A DNA stretch of 64,000 nt from a virus (lineage: Duplodnaviria; Caudoviricetes): positions 136,364 to 200,363 of the IMG/VR virus record IMGVR_UViG_3300048672_000970; one strand, given 5' to 3'. Both the position numbers and the translations under genes were made by a program. The notes under the pieces were generated by a model. The model was not told the DNA's origin. It saw nothing but the letters and a program-made list of their open reading frames with translations, and made no database searches. Shown piece by piece: positions 8,320-17,179 of the stretch (positions are counted from its first letter, which is position 1; the number at the start of each line of letters is the position of its first letter).

Positions 8320-8943
8320 ATGAAATACCCTCGCACATTTCACCACCCTGAAAGTCCAGGGGTTTCGTCGGATGATAAAGTCATCAAAACCCTGGATGCG
8401 TTCATTGGGCAGCAAATTATCATTTCTCTGAAATACGATGGCGAAAACACCACTGGTACTAACTCCGTTTGTCATGCTCGCAGTCTAGATTCGGCCAACC
8501 ATCCATCACGTAATTGGGTTAAGAACTTTCATGGTTCATTCAAGCACCTGATTCCTGATGGGTGGCGTATTTGTGGAGAGAACCTTTATGCGACTCATTC
8601 CATTCATTACCAAGACCTTGAATCCTATTTCTTTGGGTTTTCTGTTTGGGATGATAGGAATGTTGCACTAGATTGGGACTCTACACTTTTATGGTTTGAG
8701 GAATTTGGTATCACCCCGGTGAAAGAACTTTACCGAGGCGAGTATAATGATGCAGTGATTACGAACCTCATCAAAAACTTTGACACTAAGCTACATGAAG
8801 GTTTTGTCTGTCGAGTTATTGGGGAAATCCCATATGAGGACTTTAACAAATTGGTCTTCAAGTGGGTCAGGCCAAATCATGTGCAAACGGAAACTCACTG
8901 GATGCATTCTGAAATGAAAGTTAACAAACTGAAAGGAATATGA
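8320..8943 (+). CDS. ATP-dependent RNA ligase family protein (adenylation domain only)
   Basis: Motif I LKYDGEN, ICGENL, FFGFSVWD, HEGFV, FKWVR. Confidence 0.85.
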   Translation: MKYPRTFHHPESPGVSSDDKVIKTLDAFIGQQIIISLKYDGENTTGTNSVCHARSLDSANHPSRNWVKNFHGSFKHLIPDGWRICGENLYATHSIHYQDLESYFFGFSVWDDRNVALDWDSTLLWFEEFGITPVKELYRGEYNDAVITNLIKNFDTKLHEGFVCRVIGEIPYEDFNKLVFKWVRPNHVQTETHWMHSEMKVNKLKGI

Positions 8944-9959
8944 TGGAACCAGCCAAGTATATCGAACGGGTGGCCGCGACACAATTTTTAACATCATTGT
9001 TTAAGTTTATTGCGACGAACAAAAACGCAAAAACGGATAAACAGATTGCTGCTGAAACCGCAGTTGATATTAATTTCGTCCAGGCTTTTTTAGAATGTGT
9101 TGCTGCCACCGACTATCTGTTACCTGAGTATTCGCCGTCAGGTAGATTCAAAAGTGTCAAATTTAACATATGGTCTAAAGGTATTTGTTATCTCGGGGCA
9201 CGGCAAATCATAGTCATGGGAAAAGAGACGTACAGGGTTCACCCACGTGAGATGATTTATGATTATGAAGGAAAACGGCTCGCCAGTGAACTTCCGGATG
9301 TGGCTCGACGTAATGAAGTATTTCTTATCGAATATACATTTACACAAGAAAATTTCATCGATATTTTCACCAAAGAAATGGGGCTGATATTCCCTAACGT
9401 TCCTGAAGAAAATGGTTCGATAATTGACGATTTCCGTGATTACCCATTGGTGAAGGCCGAGTTGAATAAAGTTGAATCACAAATCGAAACACTGAAAAAA
9501 GAACTGGAAGATGAGATTAGAGTAAATGTAGAAAACGAAGAATGGTTTAAGAGAGAAACTAAACTCGCCGAAACTGGTAAACGAACAAAAACTCATTTTG
9601 AACTTGTCCAGAATGGGACAAAGAAAGTGGTCACACCATATACATCAAAATATTGGTTTGATGATGAGCCATCAACAAGTTATGATGTGACATATGTACC
9701 CGATTACAGACGGGAAGCACGGCAAATTCCAGACTTCCCAACCAAACGCGAACCCATTTTCAAGTGCCAACGCTCGCACCCTAATAAAATCAGCGGTTTG
9801 GAGTGTTATGCTAAAGAGCTGCGAGAAAAACGAATGATGCATGAACAGCGACTGGTGCAGGATGCTGAATTGAAAACTCAGCTTGAACTGCTGGAAAAAC
9901 AGAAAATGCAGCTTGATACCAAAATTACCAATTTGAAATTGAAACTAAAGGGAAACTAA
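8940..9959 (+). CDS. Hypothetical protein with coiled coils
   Basis: 339-aa ORF overlapping the previous stop (ATGA). Confidence 0.8.
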   Translation: MMEPAKYIERVAATQFLTSLFKFIATNKNAKTDKQIAAETAVDINFVQAFLECVAATDYLLPEYSPSGRFKSVKFNIWSKGICYLGARQIIVMGKETYRVHPREMIYDYEGKRLASELPDVARRNEVFLIEYTFTQENFIDIFTKEMGLIFPNVPEENGSIIDDFRDYPLVKAELNKVESQIETLKKELEDEIRVNVENEEWFKRETKLAETGKRTKTHFELVQNGTKKVVTPYTSKYWFDDEPSTSYDVTYVPDYRREARQIPDFPTKREPIFKCQRSHPNKISGLECYAKELREKRMMHEQRLVQDAELKTQLELLEKQKMQLDTKITNLKLKLKGN

Positions 9960-9960
9960 A

Positions 9961-10305
9961 ATGGAATTTGAAGTGCGTGTAAAAACTAAACCGACAGAGT
10001 TTAACAGTAATGAACTAGCGGGGCATCCTATTGCAATTGACAACCCATCCCTTGAACTAGATTTTCCGTGTGACGAACATAACCGTATTTCCAAGAAACT
10101 ACTTCAGGATTGGGTTGATGCCCGAACTAAGGGTTTCATTAAAAGCATTGAACATGGCAAAGCAGTGATAAAGATTACTGATGAAAAATTTGCTGAAGTG
10201 TTTTCACAACTTAGATACTTTCATGGCGAAAATGTAATGTCACTAACGGTGCAGCATTTTCATTTTGAGGGTGAAGACCCGTTGACCGTTTGTTTTCTTT
10301 TCTGA
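9961..10305 (+). CDS. Hypothetical protein
   Basis: Tightly packed ORF with an AAGGGA RBS. Confidence 0.75.
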   Translation: MEFEVRVKTKPTEFNSNELAGHPIAIDNPSLELDFPCDEHNRISKKLLQDWVDARTKGFIKSIEHGKAVIKITDEKFAEVFSQLRYFHGENVMSLTVQHFHFEGEDPLTVCFLF

Positions 10306-10414
10306 AAGGATAAAAATGGATGTCTACTATAGTGTAAAAGTTATTTGGCGATAGGCACCTGACATGAATTTTTGGCAACTGTTACACTTTTGTTAACACA
10401 CATGACCCGCCATG

Positions 10415-10423
10415 TGTTAAAAT
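10415..10423 (+). promoter_or_regulatory. sigma70 extended -10 promoter (TGtTAAAAT)
   Basis: Intergenic, 6 nt upstream of ATG 10430; overlaps the inverted repeat acacatg...catgtgt. Confidence 0.45.
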
Positions 10424-10429
10424 TCACCC

Positions 10430-10621
10430 ATGAACAAACATCTCAAGATTGAACGCCGTATCCGTGAACACACTGACCACTATGGGAAAGCCGGAGAAGT
10501 GGAGTGGTTCGTTGTGGACTTAAGTGTCCCTGATTGTCCGCAGGTCGTTGATGTGTTCAGAAAACGATATCTTGCAAAAGAGCTGATTGACTATCTCAAC
10601 CGGAGCCTTCCATGCACTTGA
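10430..10621 (+). CDS. Hypothetical protein
   Basis: 63-aa ORF after the putative promoter. Confidence 0.65.
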   Translation: MNKHLKIERRIREHTDHYGKAGEVEWFVVDLSVPDCPQVVDVFRKRYLAKELIDYLNRSLPCT

Positions 10622-10878
10622 ACCTTCAAACCTTTATTGACGAATACGGTCTTCCCAATCTGCGAGTGCAGTATTGGGAGAAGTACGTTCAGCGGGGCTA
10701 CTTCAATGAGAAGGTTCCGGTTCAATTCTTCACCGAAGGTGGGTCGGCATCTGAACTGCGCATGTTCAATTCCACGGCCATTCCGAGTATTCAGGCAGAT
10801 ATCGATGCTGCCATCGCTCGCATCGTGGTGGTTTCGGGAGTTGGTGAGGAAATCTGGTTTACTGTTCTGAAAGGGTGA
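10612..10878 (+). CDS. Hypothetical protein
   Basis: GGAG RBS; overlaps the previous gene. Confidence 0.7.
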   Translation: MHLNLQTFIDEYGLPNLRVQYWEKYVQRGYFNEKVPVQFFTEGGSASELRMFNSTAIPSIQADIDAAIARIVVVSGVGEEIWFTVLKG

Positions 10879-10881
10879 AAA

Positions 10882-11700
10882 ATGAAATTCCAATTTGATT
10901 ATGATGAAATTTTTGCGTTGAACGCGGGGCTACTGAAACTACCGCAAAATCCTGTCAGTGAAAAGCTGCTCAATACACATCCGTTTGTCAAGCAGTTCTA
11001 TCAGCAAATTCTTGGCAGCAAAAACCCTCAATTGATGCTTGATCGGCTCGAATCGGCTTACGCACTGTTTGAACCCAGGCAAGAAGAAATCTTGGCAAAA
11101 ATCAATGCGGTTGATTTTCGACAAGTGCTAGATGATATTCTTTCCATGCCGTGTCAGCTAGATGTTGACATCATCGAAGAATGCATCACCAGGGAAATCA
11201 AAAAAGGGAAAATTGAACGGGTGCTGGTTGATTATCAGCAGTTGATGTTTGCCATCTATTACGGATACTCCATTAATTACAATGGAGACGTTTTGGGAAA
11301 TGCGTATGAGCGAGCGAACATTAACCTTGATACCATCGTCAGTGAAATTTTTGGCATTTCGGCAGATGAATTTTACCTGCAGTCACGGCGCGTGGGTGTT
11401 TATAACTATCTTCGCCAATTCATTCTTGAGTTCGTCAAACAGCATAAACAATCAGCATTCTTCGATGATTACATTAACGACGAACTTGAAGTAAGTTATG
11501 ATGGCGGTGCGTCATTGTTGCTTATCACTACGTTAGAAGAACTGGATTACGAATCTCCAGACGATGTAATTGAATGTCTTGGCATTGGTAATGCTATCTG
11601 CTTGGCTCTGTCCTTGGCAGTTGCTAAAGAACTGAAACAGCATCCTGATTTTCAACATGCGGAAGAAGTAAAGTTTCTTCTTTGTAACCAGAGGGTATGA
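10882..11700 (+). CDS. Hypothetical acidic protein
   Basis: 272-aa tightly packed ORF. Confidence 0.8.
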   Translation: MKFQFDYDEIFALNAGLLKLPQNPVSEKLLNTHPFVKQFYQQILGSKNPQLMLDRLESAYALFEPRQEEILAKINAVDFRQVLDDILSMPCQLDVDIIEECITREIKKGKIERVLVDYQQLMFAIYYGYSINYNGDVLGNAYERANINLDTIVSEIFGISADEFYLQSRRVGVYNYLRQFILEFVKQHKQSAFFDDYINDELEVSYDGGASLLLITTLEELDYESPDDVIECLGIGNAICLALSLAVAKELKQHPDFQHAEEVKFLLCNQRV

Positions 11701-11921
11701 TGTCCAATCAAGCTTGCGAAAATTGTAAATCGAACACCGTCCGTTATTGTGACGGGTTTGTCTACCGAAACTGGTCTGGGAAGTATGCTGGTGACCCGGC
11801 GTTACTTCCTAACCCTCCTGATAAAGTAGCTTTCTGGACTTACAGTGAATGTAAGAAGAATGCTAAAGGGCTGAAATTTATTAACCTGCACGACAAATGC
11901 CAAGGATTTGAGAAAGCTTGA
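11697..11921 (+). CDS. Small Cys-containing hypothetical protein
   Basis: ATGA overlap; CxxC plus three more Cys. Confidence 0.65.
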   Translation: MMSNQACENCKSNTVRYCDGFVYRNWSGKYAGDPALLPNPPDKVAFWTYSECKKNAKGLKFINLHDKCQGFEKA

Positions 11922-12357
11922 TTACACTTCCAATATCCGTGGTAGAATTGGTATCATCCAAAGGAGTATCCAAATGACATTAGAAATCCATTTCGGGCAA
12001 CAAACATATATCCCATCAGCAAAACCCTGTAAAAATTTCTCGGCCGACAGTGGCAAACATTTGACGTTCAGCCAGTTCAAAAAGGCTTTTAATCCTGGAA
12101 CAATAAATGTTGTAACATTTGAAAATATTCCGCCAATGGCGGCTGATGAGTATCGCCGTTATTATGAAAATTCAGTTTACAGCGTCCGGCTCCACCTAAA
12201 TGAACGCTACTTGTCATACATCATCCGGAACAACGGTAAAGACCAAATGAATTTTGCATGGGAATCATCGATTACAGCAGAGTTCTATGATAGGTTTGAT
12301 TTCATTGATATGGAAAATCACATACCTAGATTTAGTGAAGCGCGGCGTGAAAAGTGA
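11908..12357 (+). CDS. Hypothetical protein (start may be ATG 11974)
   Basis: AAGGAG precedes the internal ATG. Confidence 0.7.
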   Translation: MRKLDYTSNIRGRIGIIQRSIQMTLEIHFGQQTYIPSAKPCKNFSADSGKHLTFSQFKKAFNPGTINVVTFENIPPMAADEYRRYYENSVYSVRLHLNERYLSYIIRNNGKDQMNFAWESSITAEFYDRFDFIDMENHIPRFSEARREK

Positions 12358-12617
12358 CTGACTGCTTCTTTTCACAGAAACAAACTGCACACCTTCATGA
12401 TGGGAATTGCTCGCTTTCTCGTTCTGAGCATGCTAGATTTTTCCCAAATGTCAATTATAATGAAGCTTATCAACGAGCCAAATCGTTAGTGGGATGCCAA
12501 TTGCTTTACGCAATGATTGATGGCGTCTTAGTAAAAATTGTCTCATCTTCGGTAGACTCTGTTCTCAAGGGTTTACATTTTCAAACCATGCGCGGCGATG
12601 TACCCCGAATTTACTAA
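12354..12617 (+). CDS. Hypothetical protein
   Basis: GTGA overlap with the previous stop. Confidence 0.7.
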   Translation: MTDCFFSQKQTAHLHDGNCSLSRSEHARFFPNVNYNEAYQRAKSLVGCQLLYAMIDGVLVKIVSSSVDSVLKGLHFQTMRGDVPRIY

Positions 12618-12629
12618 AGGAAACTAAAC

Positions 12630-12836
12630 ATGGAATTTTCACCAAACCTCAAAATCGTTCAAATGCGCGGGCCGGTAGACGTTATTACTGTAAACGGTAA
12701 AGACCATGCAATTGCCGCTATGGCCTACCCATACAGTTCTTTTAAGGAAATGGAACCTGAGATTGAAACGTTCTATCTGTGGCAAAACCTACCTGAACGA
12801 GAATTGGTTCGGGGTTACATTGTGAAGAAAACGTAA
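12630..12836 (+). CDS. Hypothetical protein
   Basis: AAGGA RBS. Confidence 0.7.
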   Translation: MEFSPNLKIVQMRGPVDVITVNGKDHAIAAMAYPYSSFKEMEPEIETFYLWQNLPERELVRGYIVKKT

Positions 12837-12870
12837 ATTCTATTCCCCATTCTCTCAAAATGAACGGCGG

Positions 12871-12876
12871 TAAATA
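12871..12876 (+). promoter_or_regulatory. T4-type late promoter (TAAATA)
   Basis: 19 nt upstream of ATG 12896. Confidence 0.7.
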
Positions 12877-12895
12877 ATCAAAACGAAAGACATTC

Positions 12896-13522
12896 ATGAG
12901 ACTTTCATCAATCATTCCCCTTTACGAAATGCCGCAAATCGTTGGAGATGTTGATTGGTTTTTGAGCACGGACGAATCCAATGAAAAGCATGCGTTAGGA
13001 TTAATGAAGAATGCCGATATTGAATTTTTGGAAGACTATAACCAATTAAAATTATACCGTCTTAGGAACCAGTTCTTTGCCGTCAATCGAGCCGGCGACC
13101 GCATGGCGTACTGGATTAACACCGTTCACAAATATCAGTCAATGATTAAAGAAACCTGTGTTACTCAAGTTGCCCTTTGGCGAGATTCTGATAACCCACA
13201 TGCAAAAGATTTGCCGGCGCATGTGTTTTTCAACTACCTTCTACCAGAAAATCATAACATCATGATTGATGGGCAACAGACCACCGATGGTAAACGGTTC
13301 TGGGTCAATCGGATTGCCGATGCATTTGATAAAGGGTTACACGTCTATTATGCGAACGTGATGGCACCGAGAGAGTTGATTAAATTAGTGGATAAAGACG
13401 ATTTCATGAAAAACGCCAAGTCTATTCCAATCTGGGGAGACAACTATCATTTTCGAGATAAGAAAATCATCATCAGTGACCATTTACTAACGCCCAAACC
13501 AGACGTTAAATTTGAAGACTGA
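12896..13522 (+). CDS. Putative internal head/virion protein
   Basis: Late promoter; N-terminus MRLSSIIPLYE-M resembles a prohead-protease-cleaved leader. Confidence 0.65.
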   Translation: MRLSSIIPLYEMPQIVGDVDWFLSTDESNEKHALGLMKNADIEFLEDYNQLKLYRLRNQFFAVNRAGDRMAYWINTVHKYQSMIKETCVTQVALWRDSDNPHAKDLPAHVFFNYLLPENHNIMIDGQQTTDGKRFWVNRIADAFDKGLHVYYANVMAPRELIKLVDKDDFMKNAKSIPIWGDNYHFRDKKIIISDHLLTPKPDVKFED

Positions 13523-13524
13523 CC

Positions 13525-13546
13525 AAAGCTCCTTCGGGAGCTTTTT
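13525..13546 (+). terminator. Intrinsic terminator with a cUUCGg tetraloop
   Basis: aaagctcc-ttcg-ggagcttttt. Confidence 0.9.
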
Positions 13547-13558
13547 CTTTTTGTCCGG

Positions 13559-13564
13559 TAAATA
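13559..13564 (+). promoter_or_regulatory. T4-type late promoter (TAAATA)
   Basis: Directly after a terminator, upstream of ATG 13590. Confidence 0.7.
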
Positions 13565-13589
13565 ACTCCATACTCAATAATTTTCCTAC

Positions 13590-15758
13590 ATGTCAATCAA
13601 GCACATTGAAGATTTACCGATTACTGACCTAATCCATGTTCTAGAAAACATGAAGGATTATGACATCCGTGAAAAGATGGATGGGGCTAACTTAGGATTC
13701 GGTATCGATGATTCTAAAAAACTATTCACCAGTCGTGAGCTGAAAAACAGTCGAGCGAACCGAATTTACAAGGCGACCGACTGGCCGAATACCAATGCTT
13801 CCACTCAATTTCAAGCTGCCCATCTAGCCCTTGAACAGCAATTACCTATCATTCAAGCGGTTTTAGAACCGAACGACCTCATTCAAATCGAGGTGATGTT
13901 TTCTAATCAGCCAAATACTGTCAACTATAACAAAGATGATAACTCATATATCGTCCTTATCAATACTCTCTTACCTGAAAAAGTTTCTGAGCTGGTTTCA
14001 AAACTGAAAACAACTGAGAGTAAAGTGGAGGTATTGGTTCCAGCATCCTCGGACGGTAAAACCATCACATCCTCTAAAGAAACTTTCACGTTCAAATTCA
14101 TCGAACCAGTCAAGATTGATAACGGAAAAATCCCTCAATCGGTAGTTCAAAAAACTGTAAAGGACTTGAAAGAATTTTTGTCCAAAACAACCGACTCCAT
14201 TTCTAACGAAACGATTCTGTGCACGCCACTCAACAAAATTGATGCTGCCCAGCGAGAGAAAGTGAAACAGATACGCGCTCAAGTTCAGAAGGAAGTTGAT
14301 GACTCTATCATCCTGCCGTTCAAGAAAGAGCTGTTAGAGCAATTCATCCATAAGTTACCTTCCGAATTATCAAATGACCAGTTCGGCATTGAAGGGGTGG
14401 TTTTAACTAATGGAGATTCAGTTGTCAAAATTGTTGACAAGGACTTGTTCACGAAGCGAAACGAATTCAATCAATCGTTCAGAAAGCAGATTTCATCTAC
14501 TATCAAATCCACTGACCCGAATGCTGAGTTAGAACTGAAAGGTGGCCTGATTGGTGATTTGAAACTGAAAATGGCTGATTTACTCGGTAACATTGAGTGG
14601 GCGCATATATCAAAAGTTGCTGCTGCTATTGAAGATGTGAAAGGCGAGACGACTGTCAACACTATCAAAAACTTTGCCGAAGAACTAGCTAAACACAATC
14701 CTGATTATCAGGGGGTGAGAATCAAAATGTTATCTCTCATCAAAGCCACTAAAGAAGCTTTGGAAAAGTCATTAGAAGAATTTTCCGGGCAAGAGCATCA
14801 GCTCGATGAGTACAAGATGACGGACACGGTGAAGGGTAGAACGTTGTTAAGCTATGCAGAAGCCGTTAATCGGCTCTCAGAGCTGTACAAACAGGTCGAT
14901 GCCAGTCACACCTACCAAGACTTCGTAAAAATCCAATACGGGCCGATTGTGAGCCTTCTGCACGGTGTTGAACCTGTTGAAGAAATGAAGGGTTCCAATC
15001 AGACGTTAAGTTGGTTCAATCACAAATCCGCTTTTTATGTCGTGTCAAGTTATTTGTCCACCTGCCTCATTTCCTGGCTCATCTTCGAGATGAAAGATGG
15101 AAATGGATTAGCGATTCTGGACGACAGGCGTTTTCTCGGTCTGAAGAAATTTAACAGATTGATGTCTCCGTTAAATTTTGCAGGGTATGTTACCACTCAG
15201 TATAAAAACAAAGATGTATTCTCGGTGATTGGTAAAGATACTGCCAATGATTTGAACAAGATTTTCAAGCGCATTCCGAAACAGTATGTTACTGATTTCC
15301 ATTTTGATTTTTCTAATCAGATGCGAACGAAAATCAAGTGGAAGCAGCACGAAACTTACCTGAAAAAGATAATGAAGTTTTCCCATCTCAATCTGGATAG
15401 AATTGAAAACTTATTCGAGAGGGTGAAAACGTATAACGAACTGTCGGCCGATGAGCAGAAAAAATGTCTACATGATTTGATTTTCTATTCAGCGCAATTT
15501 ATAAATAAGAGCATTCTGTATAGAAAACTGTTACGAATGGAAGGGACTCAGATGAAAAAAGAGGTAGTAGAGGAAAATTTCTCGCTTAAGAAGTTACTCG
15601 AAGACGAAGGTGCTGCTAATTCAGTGACAAGCACGATGGCAACTTCTGCTGATGTAGCGAAGATTGAACAACCCATCTTCAAAGATGGCAAGAAGATTGT
15701 TCGCCGGAGACGAAATCCATCCCTGAAGTTTTACCAATTCAAAAAGGACACTAAATGA
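13590..15758 (+). CDS. Late protein with an N-terminal RNA-ligase-like nucleotidyltransferase domain
   Basis: Motif I REKMDGAN, III IQIEVM, IV IEGVVL, V VVKIVDK; long helical C-terminal region; LKKLLE motif near the C-terminus. Confidence 0.7.
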   Translation: MSIKHIEDLPITDLIHVLENMKDYDIREKMDGANLGFGIDDSKKLFTSRELKNSRANRIYKATDWPNTNASTQFQAAHLALEQQLPIIQAVLEPNDLIQIEVMFSNQPNTVNYNKDDNSYIVLINTLLPEKVSELVSKLKTTESKVEVLVPASSDGKTITSSKETFTFKFIEPVKIDNGKIPQSVVQKTVKDLKEFLSKTTDSISNETILCTPLNKIDAAQREKVKQIRAQVQKEVDDSIILPFKKELLEQFIHKLPSELSNDQFGIEGVVLTNGDSVVKIVDKDLFTKRNEFNQSFRKQISSTIKSTDPNAELELKGGLIGDLKLKMADLLGNIEWAHISKVAAAIEDVKGETTVNTIKNFAEELAKHNPDYQGVRIKMLSLIKATKEALEKSLEEFSGQEHQLDEYKMTDTVKGRTLLSYAEAVNRLSELYKQVDASHTYQDFVKIQYGPIVSLLHGVEPVEEMKGSNQTLSWFNHKSAFYVVSSYLSTCLISWLIFEMKDGNGLAILDDRRFLGLKKFNRLMSPLNFAGYVTTQYKNKDVFSVIGKDTANDLNKIFKRIPKQYVTDFHFDFSNQMRTKIKWKQHETYLKKIMKFSHLNLDRIENLFERVKTYNELSADEQKKCLHDLIFYSAQFINKSILYRKLLRMEGTQMKKEVVEENFSLKKLLEDEGAANSVTSTMATSADVAKIEQPIFKDGKKIVRRRRNPSLKFYQFKKDTK

Positions 15759-17137
15759 AGTTTTTACAACAACTAGAAGAATCGGTGGCAAAGAACACCA
15801 TTCTCATCAATGGGAAACGGCATGCCGTTCATAACTCGAAAGGATTGAAGATTGCTGAATCGGAAGCCGGGCTGAAAAAGTTTTACAAGTGGTTTGGCAA
15901 TTCAGTAGTTCTTGACTCGAAGCAGCGGCCAATGATTGTCTATCCGGCTGTCTATGCTGGGGAGAAAAGAAATAAAATCTTCACGACGAAAGAACCATCT
16001 TCAGCGACGTTAGTGCATGATACGGACATTACGCTGGATGATGCGCACATTTCCGGTAAGACGCCGTTCTATCTGAAAATTGAAAAACTGTTCGATACTC
16101 GGCATCCTGAATGCAAGAAGATTTTCGACAAGCATATTTTCAAGAAGGTTGATTCGGTAAAAACCCTTGAACATGATTTGCCACGGGCTGAAGATGCAGA
16201 AGAAATTGAACAGTTTCTGAATGAGACTTATCCTGAATATGACGGAGTAGTTGTTCATGATACGGGTCGATTCGTCAAGTACATTTCGTTCAAGGATAGG
16301 AAATCTTCCATTGCCCATGCTGAAAAATGGGATGGGGAAAAACCTGTCCATGAGGGAACGACTGTTCAAGCCGGATTCAAAACTTATCTGAAAGAAGAAG
16401 AACAGAAGAAAGTTGATTCAACCAGTGCGGGGGCAAAGGATGTTAAAGGTACTTCTGACGTGTCATTCAATCTGATGCGTAATTATATCAATACTTCTGG
16501 CCTGTCCGGCGCCTCTATCAAAGATTATCTGGAAAAGGCCCATGACATCAATGATGAAATTGACACCGTTTGTTATGGTCTGGAAACAGATGATGGACAA
16601 GTCGTTAAAGTATATGTCAATGCAGCACAAGCAGACGATTTTGAAACGAAGATGGCGGCGATGCTTGGCACGGAAGATAACGTCGAAGACGCCATCAATA
16701 ACCTTGCGCAAGAGTTTGATATCGTGGATGTCGTCTGGCCCCGAGATGAAGAAGGAAAAACCGGCTCAACCGACACTACTGATAACGAAGGTGAACCCGA
16801 TTCAACAGCTCCTACAACTACTCCCGAAACTGACATGACGATTGATTCTTCAGCCAGTTTATTCGCCGATGATGAAATTCCACCGGAAGATGCACCAGAG
16901 CATGTCGAACCATCATCTACCGAAAATGAACCTGAGAAATCTGAAAAGACTGAGAAACCGGAAGATGAAAGTTCTACTGAAGACGAACCTGAGCACGAAG
17001 ACAGTGAAGAACCTGATGGCGAATCAACTGAGAAATCTGATGATGAAAAAACTGACGATGAAAATGATGAAAGTGAAGATGATGAAAAATCTGATAAAAC
17101 TAAAAAAGGTGGGAAGACCGCTAAAGTGAAATCTTAA
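15755..17137 (+). CDS. Putative virion protein: degenerate ADP-ribosyltransferase (ART-PolyVal-like) domain, second domain and a very acidic tail
   Basis: MKFLQQLEES leader; FYKWFGNSVVLDSKQRPMIVYPA, PFYLKIEK, YDGVVVHD; D/E-rich C-terminal ~140 aa. Confidence 0.65.
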   Translation: MKFLQQLEESVAKNTILINGKRHAVHNSKGLKIAESEAGLKKFYKWFGNSVVLDSKQRPMIVYPAVYAGEKRNKIFTTKEPSSATLVHDTDITLDDAHISGKTPFYLKIEKLFDTRHPECKKIFDKHIFKKVDSVKTLEHDLPRAEDAEEIEQFLNETYPEYDGVVVHDTGRFVKYISFKDRKSSIAHAEKWDGEKPVHEGTTVQAGFKTYLKEEEQKKVDSTSAGAKDVKGTSDVSFNLMRNYINTSGLSGASIKDYLEKAHDINDEIDTVCYGLETDDGQVVKVYVNAAQADDFETKMAAMLGTEDNVEDAINNLAQEFDIVDVVWPRDEEGKTGSTDTTDNEGEPDSTAPTTTPETDMTIDSSASLFADDEIPPEDAPEHVEPSSTENEPEKSEKTEKPEDESSTEDEPEHEDSEEPDGESTEKSDDEKTDDENDESEDDEKSDKTKKGGKTAKVKS

Positions 17138-17150
17138 TGTAACCATCCTC

Positions 17151-17177
17151 AAAAAGCCGGGCATTGCCCGGCTTTTT
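17151..17177 (+). terminator. Intrinsic terminator
   Basis: aaaaagccggg-cattg-cccggcttttt. Confidence 0.9.
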
Positions 17178-17179
17178 CT

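Noticed and set aside
16740-17100. Repetitive gatgaa/gaagaa-rich DNA
   Set aside because: Explained by the Asp/Glu-rich protein tail; not an independent DNA repeat.
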